Part shown: positions 11,397-23,210 of the stretch, piece by piece
Position numbering within the stretch: position 1 is the first letter of the stretch
How the letters are laid out: every line of letters begins with the position of its first letter
Source: Eledone cirrhosa
Lineage: Eukaryota
DNA length: 64,000 nt
Direction of reading: 5' to 3'
Assembly (NCBI GenBank): GCA_964016885.1
Contig: OZ024742.1
Coordinates: 360,468,001-360,532,000 of the forward strand
Notes under the pieces: generated by a model
Database searches by the model: none
Seen by the model: only the letters and a program-made list of their open reading frames with translations
What the model was told of the DNA's origin: nothing
Position numbers and translations under genes: made by a program

Positions 11397-14300
11397 TCTG
11401 GGCTCACCTTGGAAGCAAGCTAAACTTCTAAATGACCTCAGGTCACAATGTATAAATGTGATGGTTATTTGCGAGGCCCGGATCAGCAGCGTGCGACAGC
11501 TGGCCCTCACCTTTGATGACTTTGAGATGCACGCATCTCTCTGTCAGCCCGGAGGTGGGGGTGGGGTTGTCGTTCTGTTGCAAAAACATCTGGGTCTCGT
11601 TACACAGACGGTACACTTGGACCCGGAGGGTCGACTCGTGGTTCTGGACCTTGGCAGTGATGAAGGCGAAGCTTTTAGGCTTGTCGCCGTTTACGCCCCT
11701 TTTGGGGTAATGTGGTCGGACTTCTTCCATCGTCTGGAGACTTTTCTAGGGACGTCCCGCTCCATGTTTTTAGTGGGGGACTGGAATGGTATACTAGATG
11801 CACGTTGGGACTATGTAGGGGCATGTCTCGATAGAGGGGGGTGTAACAACCTCAAGGGGTTAATCGGCCGATTTGACCTGGCCGATAGATATCGACTAGA
11901 TTTTCCGACTGTGCCAACCTGGACTTGGACAAATCACAGCGGTCAATCTAGATCGTACCTAGATAGGTTATTAGTTAGAATTAAAGATAGAGACTTTTTA
12001 AGTTGTCCAGAAATGCTCATGGTGAGCTATTCAGACCAGAAGTTAGTGACCTGCGTAGTTCACCTTGATAGAACGCATAGGCAGGGACCCGGTTACTGGA
12101 AGCTCAACTTGTCCTTACCGGCAAGTAGAGCTTACAGGGACCGGATTAGAACCTTAGTTAAGGAGCGGTTGACGGGCGCCATTGTCAACAGCAGGTGGTG
12201 GGGCTCTCTAAAAAGAGAGATTAGAGTAGTTTCAATAGGAGTTAGTAAGGAGTTAGCCTCAGATAGAAATAGGAAGGAAAGGGAGTTGGTAGTTAATGTT
12301 GAAGAGGCAATGAGAAGCGGCAACGTGGCCAGAGTGCAAGCGTCGAGAACGGCCTTGAGCCAGTTCTTCGACGCGTAACACGAAGGCTGCGTTGTCCGAA
12401 GCAAAATACGTGCTCTCGGAAATGAGGGGACCAAGCTGTTAGCTGTGCCCGCGTGACAGAAGCGAAAAGTGGGATTAGATCCACTATCCGGTCTTTGCGA
12501 GACCAGGATGGACGGGTGATCCTTGAACCTAAGCAAATGTGCGAGGCCTTTCAAAGGCACTTTGCCCGATTGTTCGGGAGGGCGGGGGGCCGGTTGGAGA
12601 TGTGAATTTCGGTCCATACCTCGACGTCCTGCCACGTCTTTCGGACAAGGAGGCGAGGTCCTGCGACGGGCCGATCTCAGCTGATGAAATAGGGGTCGTG
12701 CTGAGCCTATGCGGCAAACGCAAATCTCCAGGGCTCGATGGTCTGCCCTACGAACTATATATTAATATGCCGGACTTGTTCCCCGATCTCCTCGAGGCGG
12801 TCTACTGCAACTGGCAACAGAACGGGAGAATTCCCTGTTCTGTGACCAAGGGCGTGGTCTCGCTAGTGAGGAAGGACGAGAACAAGAAGGATGACATTAG
12901 TAATTTTAGGCCCATAACTCTGCTAAATGCAGAGTTAAAGATTTTGACCAAGGTGTTAGCGAAGAGGTTGGCGCTTGTCGTGGGGGGGCCTGGTGGGAGA
13001 TGCGCAGACATACGCTATCCCGTCCAAGTCCATCCACGACAACCTCCACCTCATGCGATACATCATAGAGAGGGTTGGTAACGAACCCGGCTTTGGTGGG
13101 GCCCTGATAAATTTGGATCAGTCTAAAGCTTTCGATAGGGTGGACCATGGTTAACTGGATGCGGTGCTAGCGGCGGCTGGTTTCGGAACCGTTTTCAGGG
13201 ACTGGATCACTGCCATGCACAGCAGCCGCATCTGCTCTAGAGTCAAGGTGAACGGCTACCTCTCAGAGCCGTTCGAAATCACCCGTTCCATCCGACAGGG
13301 GTGCCCTCTCTCCTCCCTTCTGTATGTATTGGTTCTCGAGCCACTACTGCGGAAGTTGGAGTTGTTGCAGGGCATCCTTTTGGAACCGGGATTGCGCAAA
13401 GCGGTGTCGGCCTATGCCGATGACGTAACAGTAATGGTGTCGACCACCGCGTAAATCGAGGCAATCGGCACCTTACTGGAGGAGTACGAAAGGTTGACAG
13501 GGGCTAAGCTGAACCGGGACAAGTCAGTCGCTTTGCAACTCGGCGAGTGGAGGGGCAAACCGATGTCGTCCGACGGTATCGTCGGATGGTGGACGGAGGG
13601 CCCGGTGAAGTTGCTTGAGGGTCTGGTTCGGACCGGACCTCCAGGTGGAGAAAAACTGGGGTGAGGTGACGAATAGGGTGTTTGCACTGACCCAGAAGTG
13701 AGCCGAGTGCAAACTATCCCTGAACGGTCGGGCAGAGGTGACGAACGCTTACATAGCGTCCGTCATCTATTACCGCTTGACTGTCGTGCCTTGCCCGGGT
13801 GAGATCCTCGCCAAAATGGAGCGCGCTCTCTTTCACTTCCTTTGGAAGAAGGAGTCTCCCCTGGTGAGGAGATCCATCTGCTGTCAACACCCTTTGAAAG
13901 GAGGGCTAGAGATGCTGTGGCTAAAAATGCGTAAACACGCATTGAGGCTACGGCACCTCCATGTATTCCTCACCGATCAACCGGTGTGGGCCCCGTTTGT
14001 GAGGCGAGCCTTCCCGAGGCTCGTCTCGCTCACCGAGCTGCAGTCCTGGGTGAAGCAAAGACCGAGTGTGCCCAGGCGCTCACGCCTCTCTGGCAGGCGG
14101 ACCCGGCTATCGGTGGAGACTCTACCTCGTCATTCTATAGAGGGCTGGTGGTTAGCAGGTGCGACGACGCCCTCGGATAAACCCTAGGCATGGAGGAGGA
14201 CGAACTGGCCAGCCTATTCGCTAGGACTTTCGGCTCGGGACCTATGGACAACTTCCAGAAATCCTTGGCCTGGCAGTGCTACCGAGGGGTTCTTCCCGTT

Positions 14301-14659
14301 CGGGATAAGCTCTACAGACACGGGCGCCCGGGTAGGGACCCCTCGAAAAAGATCTGTCCCAGATGCGTGCGAGACGAGGAAACCGTCGGGCACGCATTGG
14401 TACACTGCCCGGGCGTTACCGATCTGTGGGGCTATGTCGAACAACTGCTGTCACGGGTGGGACCAATTAGGTTGACCACCGAGTCCATTGTAACGATCAA
14501 GCCGCCTCCTCCCTTCAAAAATGAAGGAGAGGCGGTCTTCCTCTGTGTAATAGCCATGGTAAAAGAGGTTGTATGGTGGACACCTTCTTTCCGGCCAACA
14601 ACTGGTCCTTTTCTTCCGATACCATTTCGGAAGAAGGATCAGGATGGAGAGAGAGGTGT
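11359..14659 (+). pseudogene. Tx1/L1 ORF2 (AP endonuclease + reverse transcriptase), disrupted
   Basis: CLNARSL, VGDWNGIL, SYLDR, PGYWKLN, KSPGLDGLP, FRPITLLN, RQGCPLS, AYADDVT, CPRC..EETVGHALVHC. Confidence 0.93.
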
Positions 14660-14725
14660 ATCCCGAATTAAGCCGTACAGTGTTTAGCACCATCGTTGCC
14701 CTTTTGTTCAACACTGACAAAGGAA

Positions 14726-14766
14726 CGATGTACTAGTTTCAAGCTTATTAGCTATCGTCAGCACCG
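14726..14766 (-). ncRNA. Minimal type I hammerhead ribozyme, family 1 copy a
   Basis: CGGUG CUGACGA U AGCU-AAUA-AGCU U GAAA C-UA-G UA CAUCG: stem I CGGUG/CAUCG, palindromic ACUAGU stem III, GUA cleavage triplet. Confidence 0.85.
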
Positions 14767-15149
14767 TATATCTTCCTGCTAGATGATTGAACGTCTGAAA
14801 GTATATACTTTCCTTATGCATATTAACAGCTGAGCAGCCTAATTTGTATATCGAGTGAGTTAATCGGCCGGGCGCACCGAAAACGATAAACGGAAAAAAT
14901 GAAACAAAATTTCATTTCTCACTCTTAGTACGGCTGTTACTTAAATATAAGTATGTACACGTACATACATATATGTATACAGACGTACAGTAGTATGTAT
15001 ATATATACATGTACACATATATATATGTACATAGGGATTCACCGAACATTTATTATAATGCTCCGTGTGTTTGTAAACAAACATCCCGAATTAAGCCGTA
15101 CAGTGTTTAGCAACCATCGTTGCTCGTTTGTTCAGCACTGACAAAGGAA

Positions 15150-15190
15150 CGCTGTACTAGTTTCAAGCTTATTAGCTATCGTCAGCACCG
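15150..15190 (-). ncRNA. Minimal type I hammerhead ribozyme, family 1 copy b
   Basis: Same core as copy a; stem I CGGUG/CAGCG has one mismatch. Confidence 0.8.
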
Positions 15191-15411
15191 TATACCTTCG
15201 TGCCAGATGAATGAACGTTTACAAGCACACCGAGCATTATAATAAATGTTCGGTAAATCCATACGTACATATATATATATGTGTGCATGTATGTATATAT
15301 ATATACATACTACTGTACGTCTGTATACATATATGTATGTACGTATACATACTTATATTTAAGTAACAGCCGTACTAAGAGTGAGAAATGAAATTTCGTT
15401 TCATTTTTTCC

Positions 15412-15532
<121 letters not shown>

Positions 15533-15536
15533 TATG

Positions 15537-15575
<39 letters not shown>

Positions 15576-16105
15576 TATATATATATATATATTTACATAC
15601 ATAGATATATGTACGGTATTCGTGGTACCGGTTATTCGCGGAATTTTCCTTAGAACCCAACTAATAATTGTTCGTGGAAACCACCGTATATTCGTGGAAT
15701 CGTAAATATCTTCAGTGATTTTTAATTGCTTTTTTGTGGCAATATACATTTTTTAACGCTAAATTATACCGTATTTACCGGTATATTGGAGCCCTTTCCC
15801 ATAAGATGCTCTCTCTTTTTTTTATTATATTTTACGTTGTATTTTTACATTTATAGGTATTTTTATGAACCACGTCCGATATTCGCGGTTTTTCACTCTT
15901 CACTAGAGCTCTAGGAACGTAACCCCTGGTGTTGTCCAGCAGAAGCAATTTATTTTAGCCCGTTCCCTTGCACTCATGATTACATCAGAAACGTAACTTT
16001 TTACTCAATTTTGTTGTCTGATGAAATCACGTGACCAAGATCGTCATTGGAATATGTATCACATCCTTATTAATAAAGGACTCTTTACAACTTCGCATTT
16101 TGAGA

Positions 16106-16341
16106 GAAAAGATGAAATCGAAAATGCAACTGGAGTCTTTTTTTTTTAAATATATTTATTTGGTTCCTTTACCGGTTTCGCAGTTCTTGTGCTTTTCAAA
16201 AGTAGAATTGAGATAATCACACACCCTCCATCTCAATTCTACTTTTGAAAAGCACAAGAACTGCGAAACCGGTAAAGGAACCAAATAAATATATAAAAAA
16301 AAAAAAAAGACTTCAGTTGCATTTTCGATTTCCTCTTTTTC
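16106..16341. repeat. Inverted repeat, ~110-bp arms with a 15-bp spacer
   Basis: Arms 16106-16214 and 16230-16341. Confidence 0.93.
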
Positions 16342-16418
16342 CTTATACTTTCACTCGTGTAGGACACCATGTTCTTTTTCATTTTGCAAAAAAACCTCAC
16401 TTTCTAATATATATATAT

Positions 16419-16646
16419 ATTAGAAATTAGAAATTATAAGCTTTCACCGTATTTTAGACTAAAGAAATTTCTAGCCTGATAGTGGGGTTTATAACCCTCG
16501 GAGAAATGGAAAAATATGAGTGTTGCCGTACATGTACGGCAACACTCATCTTTTTCCATTTCTCCGAGGGTTATAAACCCCACTATCAGGCTAGAAATTT
16601 CTTTAGTCTAAAATACGGTGAAAGCTTATAATTTCTAATTTCTAAT
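16419..16646. repeat. 228-bp spacerless palindrome (one mismatch seen)
   Basis: Centred on GCCGTACA|TGTACGGC at 16532/16533; arms of 114 bp. Confidence 0.95.
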
Positions 16647-16705
16647 TTTCAAACTCGCGCACCGTTTCAAAAACATACTTACATGTTTACATTTATAATT
16701 TGCTT

Positions 16706-16853
<148 letters not shown>

Positions 16854-16861
16854 GTATATAT

Positions 16862-17679
16862 ATATTATATATAGAGTTATAAACTCAAAATAGTCTGTTA
16901 CAATTAAATAGCTCAAAGAAAGGAATATTTCCGAGCTGTCTAATACAAATGAATATATGATAGGGATAAACACTGATACAAGTATACATGTGTTCGAATT
17001 GCAAATGACCAAGTTAGCTAGATTGAAAAATACTAATTAAAATAATACGGTTTGCCTGTCTCGATTAAAAAAAATAAATCAATAAAAACAAAACTATTTT
17101 TAATTAGTATTTTTCAATCTAGCTAACTTGGTCATTTGCAATGCGAACACTTGTATACTTGTATCAGTGTTTATCTCTCTCATAAATTCATTTGTATTAC
17201 ACGGCTCGGAAATATTCCGTTCTTTGAGCTATTTAATTGTAAAAGACTATTTTGAGTTTATAACTCTATATATAATATTCTCGGCTCCATACGTAGAGCT
17301 AATTTTTAGTCCCATAAAACCGGCTGCTATTTTTAGCGGCACGTGTATAGGACGTGCTAGACACTGTGACACATGTGCGTTCAACAACAGATATCTCTCA
17401 GTCTTCTTAAGTATTTTGAAGTGAAATGTACCAATTTCTGGATTCCCGCAGAAGAGCACAGGAATAGTAACTTTCATTTAATTGTTGCGAAACAAATTTA
17501 GAATTTGTCCGGGTATCACGGCTATTGCCAATATAGGTTTGTTTTTATTGATTTATAATTTTAAATCGAGACAGGCAAACAGTATTATTTTAATTAGTAT
17601 TTTTCAATCGAGCTAACTTGGTCATTTGCAATACGAACACATGTATATTTGTATCAGTGTTCATCCCTCTCATATATTC

Positions 17680-17682
<3 letters not shown>
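16862..17682 (+). mobile_element. Retrozyme-like element family 2, locus A: inverted partial unit plus ~1.2 tandem units (~490 bp), within (TA)n
   Basis: Inverted arms 16862-17043 / 17097-17278; TTAATTAGTATTTTTCAATC repeats at ~17100 and ~17590; homologous to 46985-48080. Confidence 0.8.
17435..17517 (+). ncRNA. Type I hammerhead ribozyme, family 2 (U4>A core variant) with a putative pseudoknot
   Basis: GAUUCCCG CAGAAGA GCA...UGC GAAA CAAAUU-UAG-AAUUUG UC CGGGUAUC; upstream UUUCUG is complementary to loop-II CAGGAA. Confidence 0.8.
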
Positions 17683-17727
<45 letters not shown>

Positions 17728-17942
17728 TAAACGGAATAGAAAATGCTGACAAATTGTTCACAGTTGAAAAATGGTTTAATTAGGAATAAAAGAGTATTAG
17801 TGATTGTATGGGTTAGTATTCAGTTGTGGTTTTAAGTTTTTAAGTTTTACCGGTTGCGCATTTCTAAATGCTTTTCAAAAATAATTTTGAGATAGAGTGT
17901 CCGTGTTGTTTGCTCTGATCTGATTAGTTTTGGGAATTCTAC

Positions 17943-18188
17943 CTGTTTTTATGTTAAAAAAGTGGCTCCAGCGTTACTTTGGTGGTGCAAAAATTCTTGT
18001 GGTCAAAACAATTTTGATTGGTCGGTACAGGTCATGTGAATGTAAAAAATTGATTTTGCGCCAAGACTGTTTTTATGTTAAAAAAGTGGCTCCAGCGCTA
18101 TTTGGTGTTTGCAAAAATTCTTGTGGTCAAAACAATTTTGATTGGTCGGTAGAGGTCATGTGAATAAAAAATTGGTTTTGCGCCAAGA
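17943..18188. repeat. ~125-bp tandem duplication
   Basis: CTGTTTTTATGTTAAAAAAGTGGCTCCAGCG...TTTGCGCCAAGA occurs twice. Confidence 0.9.
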
Positions 18189-18213
18189 TTGAGAAATGAC
18201 TCTTTCACAACAA

Positions 18214-18259
<46 letters not shown>

Positions 18260-18325
18260 TAGTAGTAAGGTGTTCGATGTTGTGATAATGGTTAGCAGGG
18301 ATGTGTGTCAAATGGCTATTAAGAT

Positions 18326-18384
<59 letters not shown>

Positions 18385-18499
18385 GCAGAGTAATTCGTGG
18401 TAGCAGGGATGGTCAGTAAGAATGTGTCTGAAAGCAATGGTATTTTAGCATGTCAAAAGATATTTTTCAGCTTTTGTCTTATACGGAGAAGTGCGTGTG

Positions 18500-18575
<76 letters not shown>

Positions 18576-18714
18576 AGTCTCTTTGTATGTTAATGTACGC
18601 GTGTGTATGTGTGTGTGTATATATATGTGTGTTTGTGTGTGTGTGTGGGTGGACCAGTATTTTTTTCCCCCTGGTAAAATGGTGTACATTATTCGATTTT
18701 ATATATATATACAC

Positions 18715-18981
18715 ACATTTGTTTTGCAAGGTTTTTTATATGAAATCGTGTGTCGAAACAAATATTGTTATACTTGGGGAAGGTCATATTGTTGTAATAA
18801 TATTGCCAGAAATAATAACAGAACACACTCACTGTTTGGTTGGTTTTCGATTTTGTATCTTTTATATCTCCATAGTTAAATAAATAAAAATGCCGTAGAC
18901 ATTACAATACAATACAATAGGAGGGAACATAATAATAGTACCACTGATGATGTTGCAGATGTGCAACGAAAGAACTTTGTT

Positions 18982-19040
<59 letters not shown>

Positions 19041-19190
19041 TTTTAACCGTTGGTCAATCAATGATAGACATTGATTGCCAAATAAATTAACTATGGAGAT
19101 ATAAAAGATACAGAAGCGAAAACCAACCAAACAGTGAGTGTATTCTGTTATTATTTCTGGCAATATTATTACAACAATATGACCCTCCAC
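18715..19190 (+). mobile_element. HHR element family 3 locus (inverted segment followed by an HHR-sense segment)
   Basis: ~18780-18880 is inverted relative to ~19087-19186; homologous to 7695-8160 and 8557-8675. Confidence 0.75.
18935..18988 (+). ncRNA. Type I hammerhead ribozyme, family 3
   Basis: CUGAUGA at 18944, 6-bp stem II GUUGCA/UGCAAC, GAAA at 18968, minimal stem III, CUU triplet, bulged stem I. Confidence 0.75.
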
Positions 19191-20264
19191 CCATCACAAC
19201 TATTTTCAACAATCATATTATGTTTACTTTTCTTGACACACATATATATTTTTTATTTATTTTTTATCACCTTCATTCTAACTTATTTATTATTAGTTAT
19301 TTATTATTTTTCTTTATCCTTTTCCTTTTTTCTCTCTTTTTCTTTTTTTTCTTTTTCTTTTTCTTCTTTTTCTTTTTTTTTCTTTTTCTTTCTTTATTAC
19401 TGCTGTTGTGATTTGAATTTCCCTAGTATATTACAAACGCCGTGTATAATTTTAATCACTTTTTCCGATGATTTGTTTAAGCATACATTGTATTTAAACT
19501 TGAGTGACACAACTTCAAGTGATTAGCAATTTTTAGACAATGAAACAATTGTTAATACTGTAAATAAAACCCGTTATTCTTCACTCTTTCACTATTATTA
19601 CTCCAAGATTAACTTACATAGGAATTTCCGAGAACTCGCTAACTCGCTACCAAACGAAACCTCTTATTGAGTCAAACAGCGCTGTACGCTAAATCTGTCC
19701 ATATTTTATATATAAAAAGATTTAATTCACGTCAATCAAAAAGAACAATAAACAAGTTACGACGAGTTGCGAAGGTTCACAATGTTATTTTGTTGTTGGT
19801 TCATGAGGCTGGTGAAGTCTGCGACCAGGAGAGAGAGAGAGTAATGGTCTGTAGACCTCTGCGGCCTGAATGTAGCGGTGAATCTTTGACATAGCTTGTA
19901 ATAGCGTACTGCTCCAATCGCTTTGACTAGACGTGGGATTATACAGGCTTTATGTACCTGTCGCTTTCTTTCCTCTGCCTCGAAGGATTGCCCACGCATC
20001 AACCTGTTAACGCCAAAAGGGAGGTAACCTAGAGTTTGATCTTTAGGTGTCACCCAAGGTTCAAGGCGTGGTCAGATTTCGCTACATATATATATATGTT
20101 ATAGTTCTAACTATATCATCTTACATAATAGACAACACAATATAATTATTCCATCACCAAAGGTTTCAAGAAACTAGACGATCCATACAGAAACGTCTGG
20201 CCCGTTTTTTCCTTTTCCTTTTCTACGAAAATTTTTAACACACACAGACACACACACGCACACA

Positions 20265-20355
<91 letters not shown>

Positions 20356-20433
20356 GAACACACATATATACATACATATGTGTTTTGCGTTATTTTTACC
20401 AAAAGTGTTATTTTAGATGTTGAGTTGTTCAGC

Positions 20434-21840
20434 CTGGTAGGTAACAGGGGAGGTAACAGGGGAGGTAACATGGTAGGTAACAGGGGAGGTAACAGGGGAG
20501 GTAACAGGGGAGGTAACAGGGTAGGTAACAGGGGAGGTAACAGGGTAGGTAACAGGGGAGGTAACAGGGGAGGTAACAGGGGAGGTAACAGGGGAGGTGA
20601 CAGGGGAGGTGACAGGGTAGGTAACAGGGTAGGTAACAGGGGAGGTAACAGGGGAGGTAACAGGGGAGGTGACAGGGGAGGTAACAGGGGAGGTGACAGG
20701 GGAGGTAACAGGGGAGGTGACAGGGGAGGTAACATGGTAGGTAACAGGGGAGGTAACAGGGGAGGTAACAGGGGAGGTAACAGGGGAGGTAACAGGGTAG
20801 GTAACATGGTAGGTAACAGGGGAGGTAACAGGGGAGGTAACAGGGGAGGTAACAGGGTAGGTAACAGGGGAGGTAACAGGGGAGGTGACAGGGGAGGTAA
20901 CAGGGTAGGTAACAGGGGAGGTAACAGGGGAGGTAACATGGTAGGTAACAGGGGAGGTAACAGGGTAGGTAACAGGGTAGGTAACAGGGGAGGTAACAGG
21001 GGAGGTAACAGGGGAGGTAACAGGGGAGGTGACAGGGGAGGTAACAGGGTAGGTAACAGGGGAGGTAACAGGGGAGGTAACAGGGTAGGTAACAGGGGAG
21101 GTAACAGGGGAGGTGACAGGGGAGGTAACAGGGTAGGTAACAGGGGAGGTAACAGGGGAGGTAACATGGTAGGTAACAGGGGAGGTAACAGGGGAGGTAA
21201 CAGGGGAGGTAACAGGGTAGGTAACAGGGGAGGTAACAGGGTAGGTAACAGGGGACGTAACAGGGGAGGTGACAGGGGAGGTAACAGGGTAGGTAACAGG
21301 GGAGGTAACAGGGGAGGTAACATGGTAGGTAACAGGGGAGGGAACAGGGGAGGTAACAGGGTAGGTAACAGGGGACGTAACAGGGGAGGTGACAGGGGAG
21401 GTAACAGGGTAGGTAACAGGGGAGGTAACAGGGGAGGTAACATGGTAGGTAACAGGGGAGGTAACAGGGGAGGTAACAGGGGAGGTAACAGGGGAGGTAA
21501 CAGTGGACGTAACAGGGGAGGTAACAGGGGAGGTAACAGGGTAGGTAACAGGGGAGGTAACAGGGTAGGTAACAGGGGAGGTAACAGGGGAGGTAACAGG
21601 GTAGGTGACAGGGGAGGTAACAGGGGAGGTAACAGGGTAGGTAACAGGGGACGTAACAGGGGAGGTGACAGGGGAGGTAACAGGGGAGGTAACAGGGGAG
21701 GTAACAGGGTAGGTAACAGGGTAGGTAACAGGGGAGGTAACTGGGTAGGTAACAGGGAGGTAACAAGGGGAAGTAACAGGGTAGGTAATAAGGTAGGTAA
21801 CAAGGGGAAGTAACAGGGAGGGGGTAACAGGGAGAGGTAA
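20434..21840. repeat. 12-bp G-rich minisatellite (AGGTAACAGGGG)n, ~115 units
   Basis: Seen directly, with GGTA, GTGAC, CATG and GACG variants. Confidence 0.97.
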
Positions 21841-21921
21841 TCAGGACGTTTACGGACGTGTCTCTGTGTTGTTGTGTGAGAAAGAAAATGAAAAAAAGTG
21901 TGTATGTATGTATGTATATAT

Positions 21922-22384
21922 GTTGCAGGTGTTATATCAGAGTTTTCCTTCTCCTAGAATTCTGCCTTGACAAAGGCTAAGGGGTCATCTCTCCCGGTGA
22001 TTTTGGATGGCCATTGACTCTTAAGAGCTCCTTTGCCCTTTTGACAGGTTTTGCAAACCTGATGGTATCCAATGATGTTGACTTGTTCTTCTTTTTGGTA
22101 AATGTCATCTTGGTTAAGAGAGTGGGACTGGCTTTGTGCAGTGCCTTTGCTCACTATAAAAGCTTCACGGCACAGGCATTGCTTTATATCTGGAGATCTC
22201 TCTGCACTTGTCGTCACATGGTACCATGGCACTATGTGTCAATAATTGTCACAAGTGTAGTGTTTGTACCAGAGTTTTCAAGTCGCTGGCTGGACTAAAA
22301 ATTCACACTCGTTCAGCACATCGGTAGGGGTTCTCCTACATATAAAGTAGTGGCCGTACTCGAAAACGAGTTGGCAGCCACCAT
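21922..22384 (+). mobile_element. Bipartite non-autonomous RTE (family A) with a 5' inversion
   Basis: 21922-22053 is the reverse complement of the RTE 5' UTR; 22054-22384 is forward and ends in the RTE 3' stem-loop plus (TATG)n. Confidence 0.88.
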
Positions 22385-22613
22385 ACATGTATGTATGTAT
22401 GTATACATGTATGTATGTATGTATGTGTGTATGTATGTATGTATGTATGTATGTATGTATGTATGTGTGTATGTATGTATGTATGCATGCATGCATGTAT
22501 GTATGTATGTATGTATGTATGTATGTATGTATGCATGCATGTATGTATGTATGTATGAATGTATACATGTATGTATGTATGTATGTATGTATGTATGTAT
22601 GTATGTATGTATG

Positions 22614-23210
22614 TATGTCAGGTCACCAGTTGGTGCTACTGGTAACATGTATCCCAGTACAACCTGTCTCATGGTCGGGTCGTTGGCGACTAAACTGGCA
22701 ACCCCACCAAGGTTTCTTGGTGAGGAGGGTGACTTTGCACATCCTGCAGGACTAAAAACAAAACCTGTCAAAGGGCAAAGGAGCTCTTAAGAGTCACCGG
22801 GAGCGATGACCCCTTAGCCTTTGTCAAGGCAGAATTCTAGGAGAAGGAAAACTCTGATATAACACCTGCAACCCTGATGGTATCCAATGATGTTGACTTG
22901 TTCTTCTTTTTGGTAAATGTCATCTTGGTTAAGAGAGTGGGACTGGCTTTGTGCAGTGCCTTTGCTCACTATAAAAGCTTCACGGCACAGGCATTGCTTT
23001 ATATCTGTAGATCTCTCTGCACTTGTCGTCACATGGTACCACGGGCCCAGCACTATGTGTCAATAATTGTCACAAGTGTAGTGTTTGTACCAGAGTTTTC
23101 AAGTCGCTGGCTGAACTAAAAAGTCACACTCGTTCAGCGCATCGGTAGGGGTTCTCCTACATGGATATAAAGTAGTGGCCGTACTCGAAAACGAGTTGGC
23201 AGCCACCATG
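22614..23210 (+). mobile_element. Bipartite non-autonomous RTE (family A), colinear: ~410 bp of 5' UTR plus ~185 bp of 3' end
   Basis: The 5' part matches 25353-25782 (-); the 3' part matches ~27111-27260 (+). Confidence 0.9.

Larger units (their letters stand above)
9292..14659 (+). mobile_element. Tx1/L1-clade LINE, near full-length but decayed and 3'-interrupted
   Basis: 5' UTR, ORF1 and an overlapping APE-RT ORF2 with stops and frameshifts. The 5' boundary is inferred from the end of the TC tract. Confidence 0.9.

Noticed and set aside
15605-15930. Tigger/pogo-like MITE (TATTCGCGG motifs)
   Set aside because: Termini and target duplication could not be identified.
16013-16092. GTTGTCTGATGA...ACAAC possible hammerhead
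   Set aside because: No properly placed GAAA or stem II.
19757-20053. Possible host exon or ORF in unique sequence
   Set aside because: No recognisable domain, weak splice signals and no partner exons.
20380-21813. GGNR-repeat RGG-like protein
   Set aside because: Unit variants are all non-synonymous in this frame; it is a minisatellite translation.
22640-22700. HDV-like ribozyme (GG-hairpin-CUAA-ACUGG)
   Set aside because: P3/L3/P1 geometry does not fit and the P2 pairing is not kept in family B; retained only as an unclassified structured leader.
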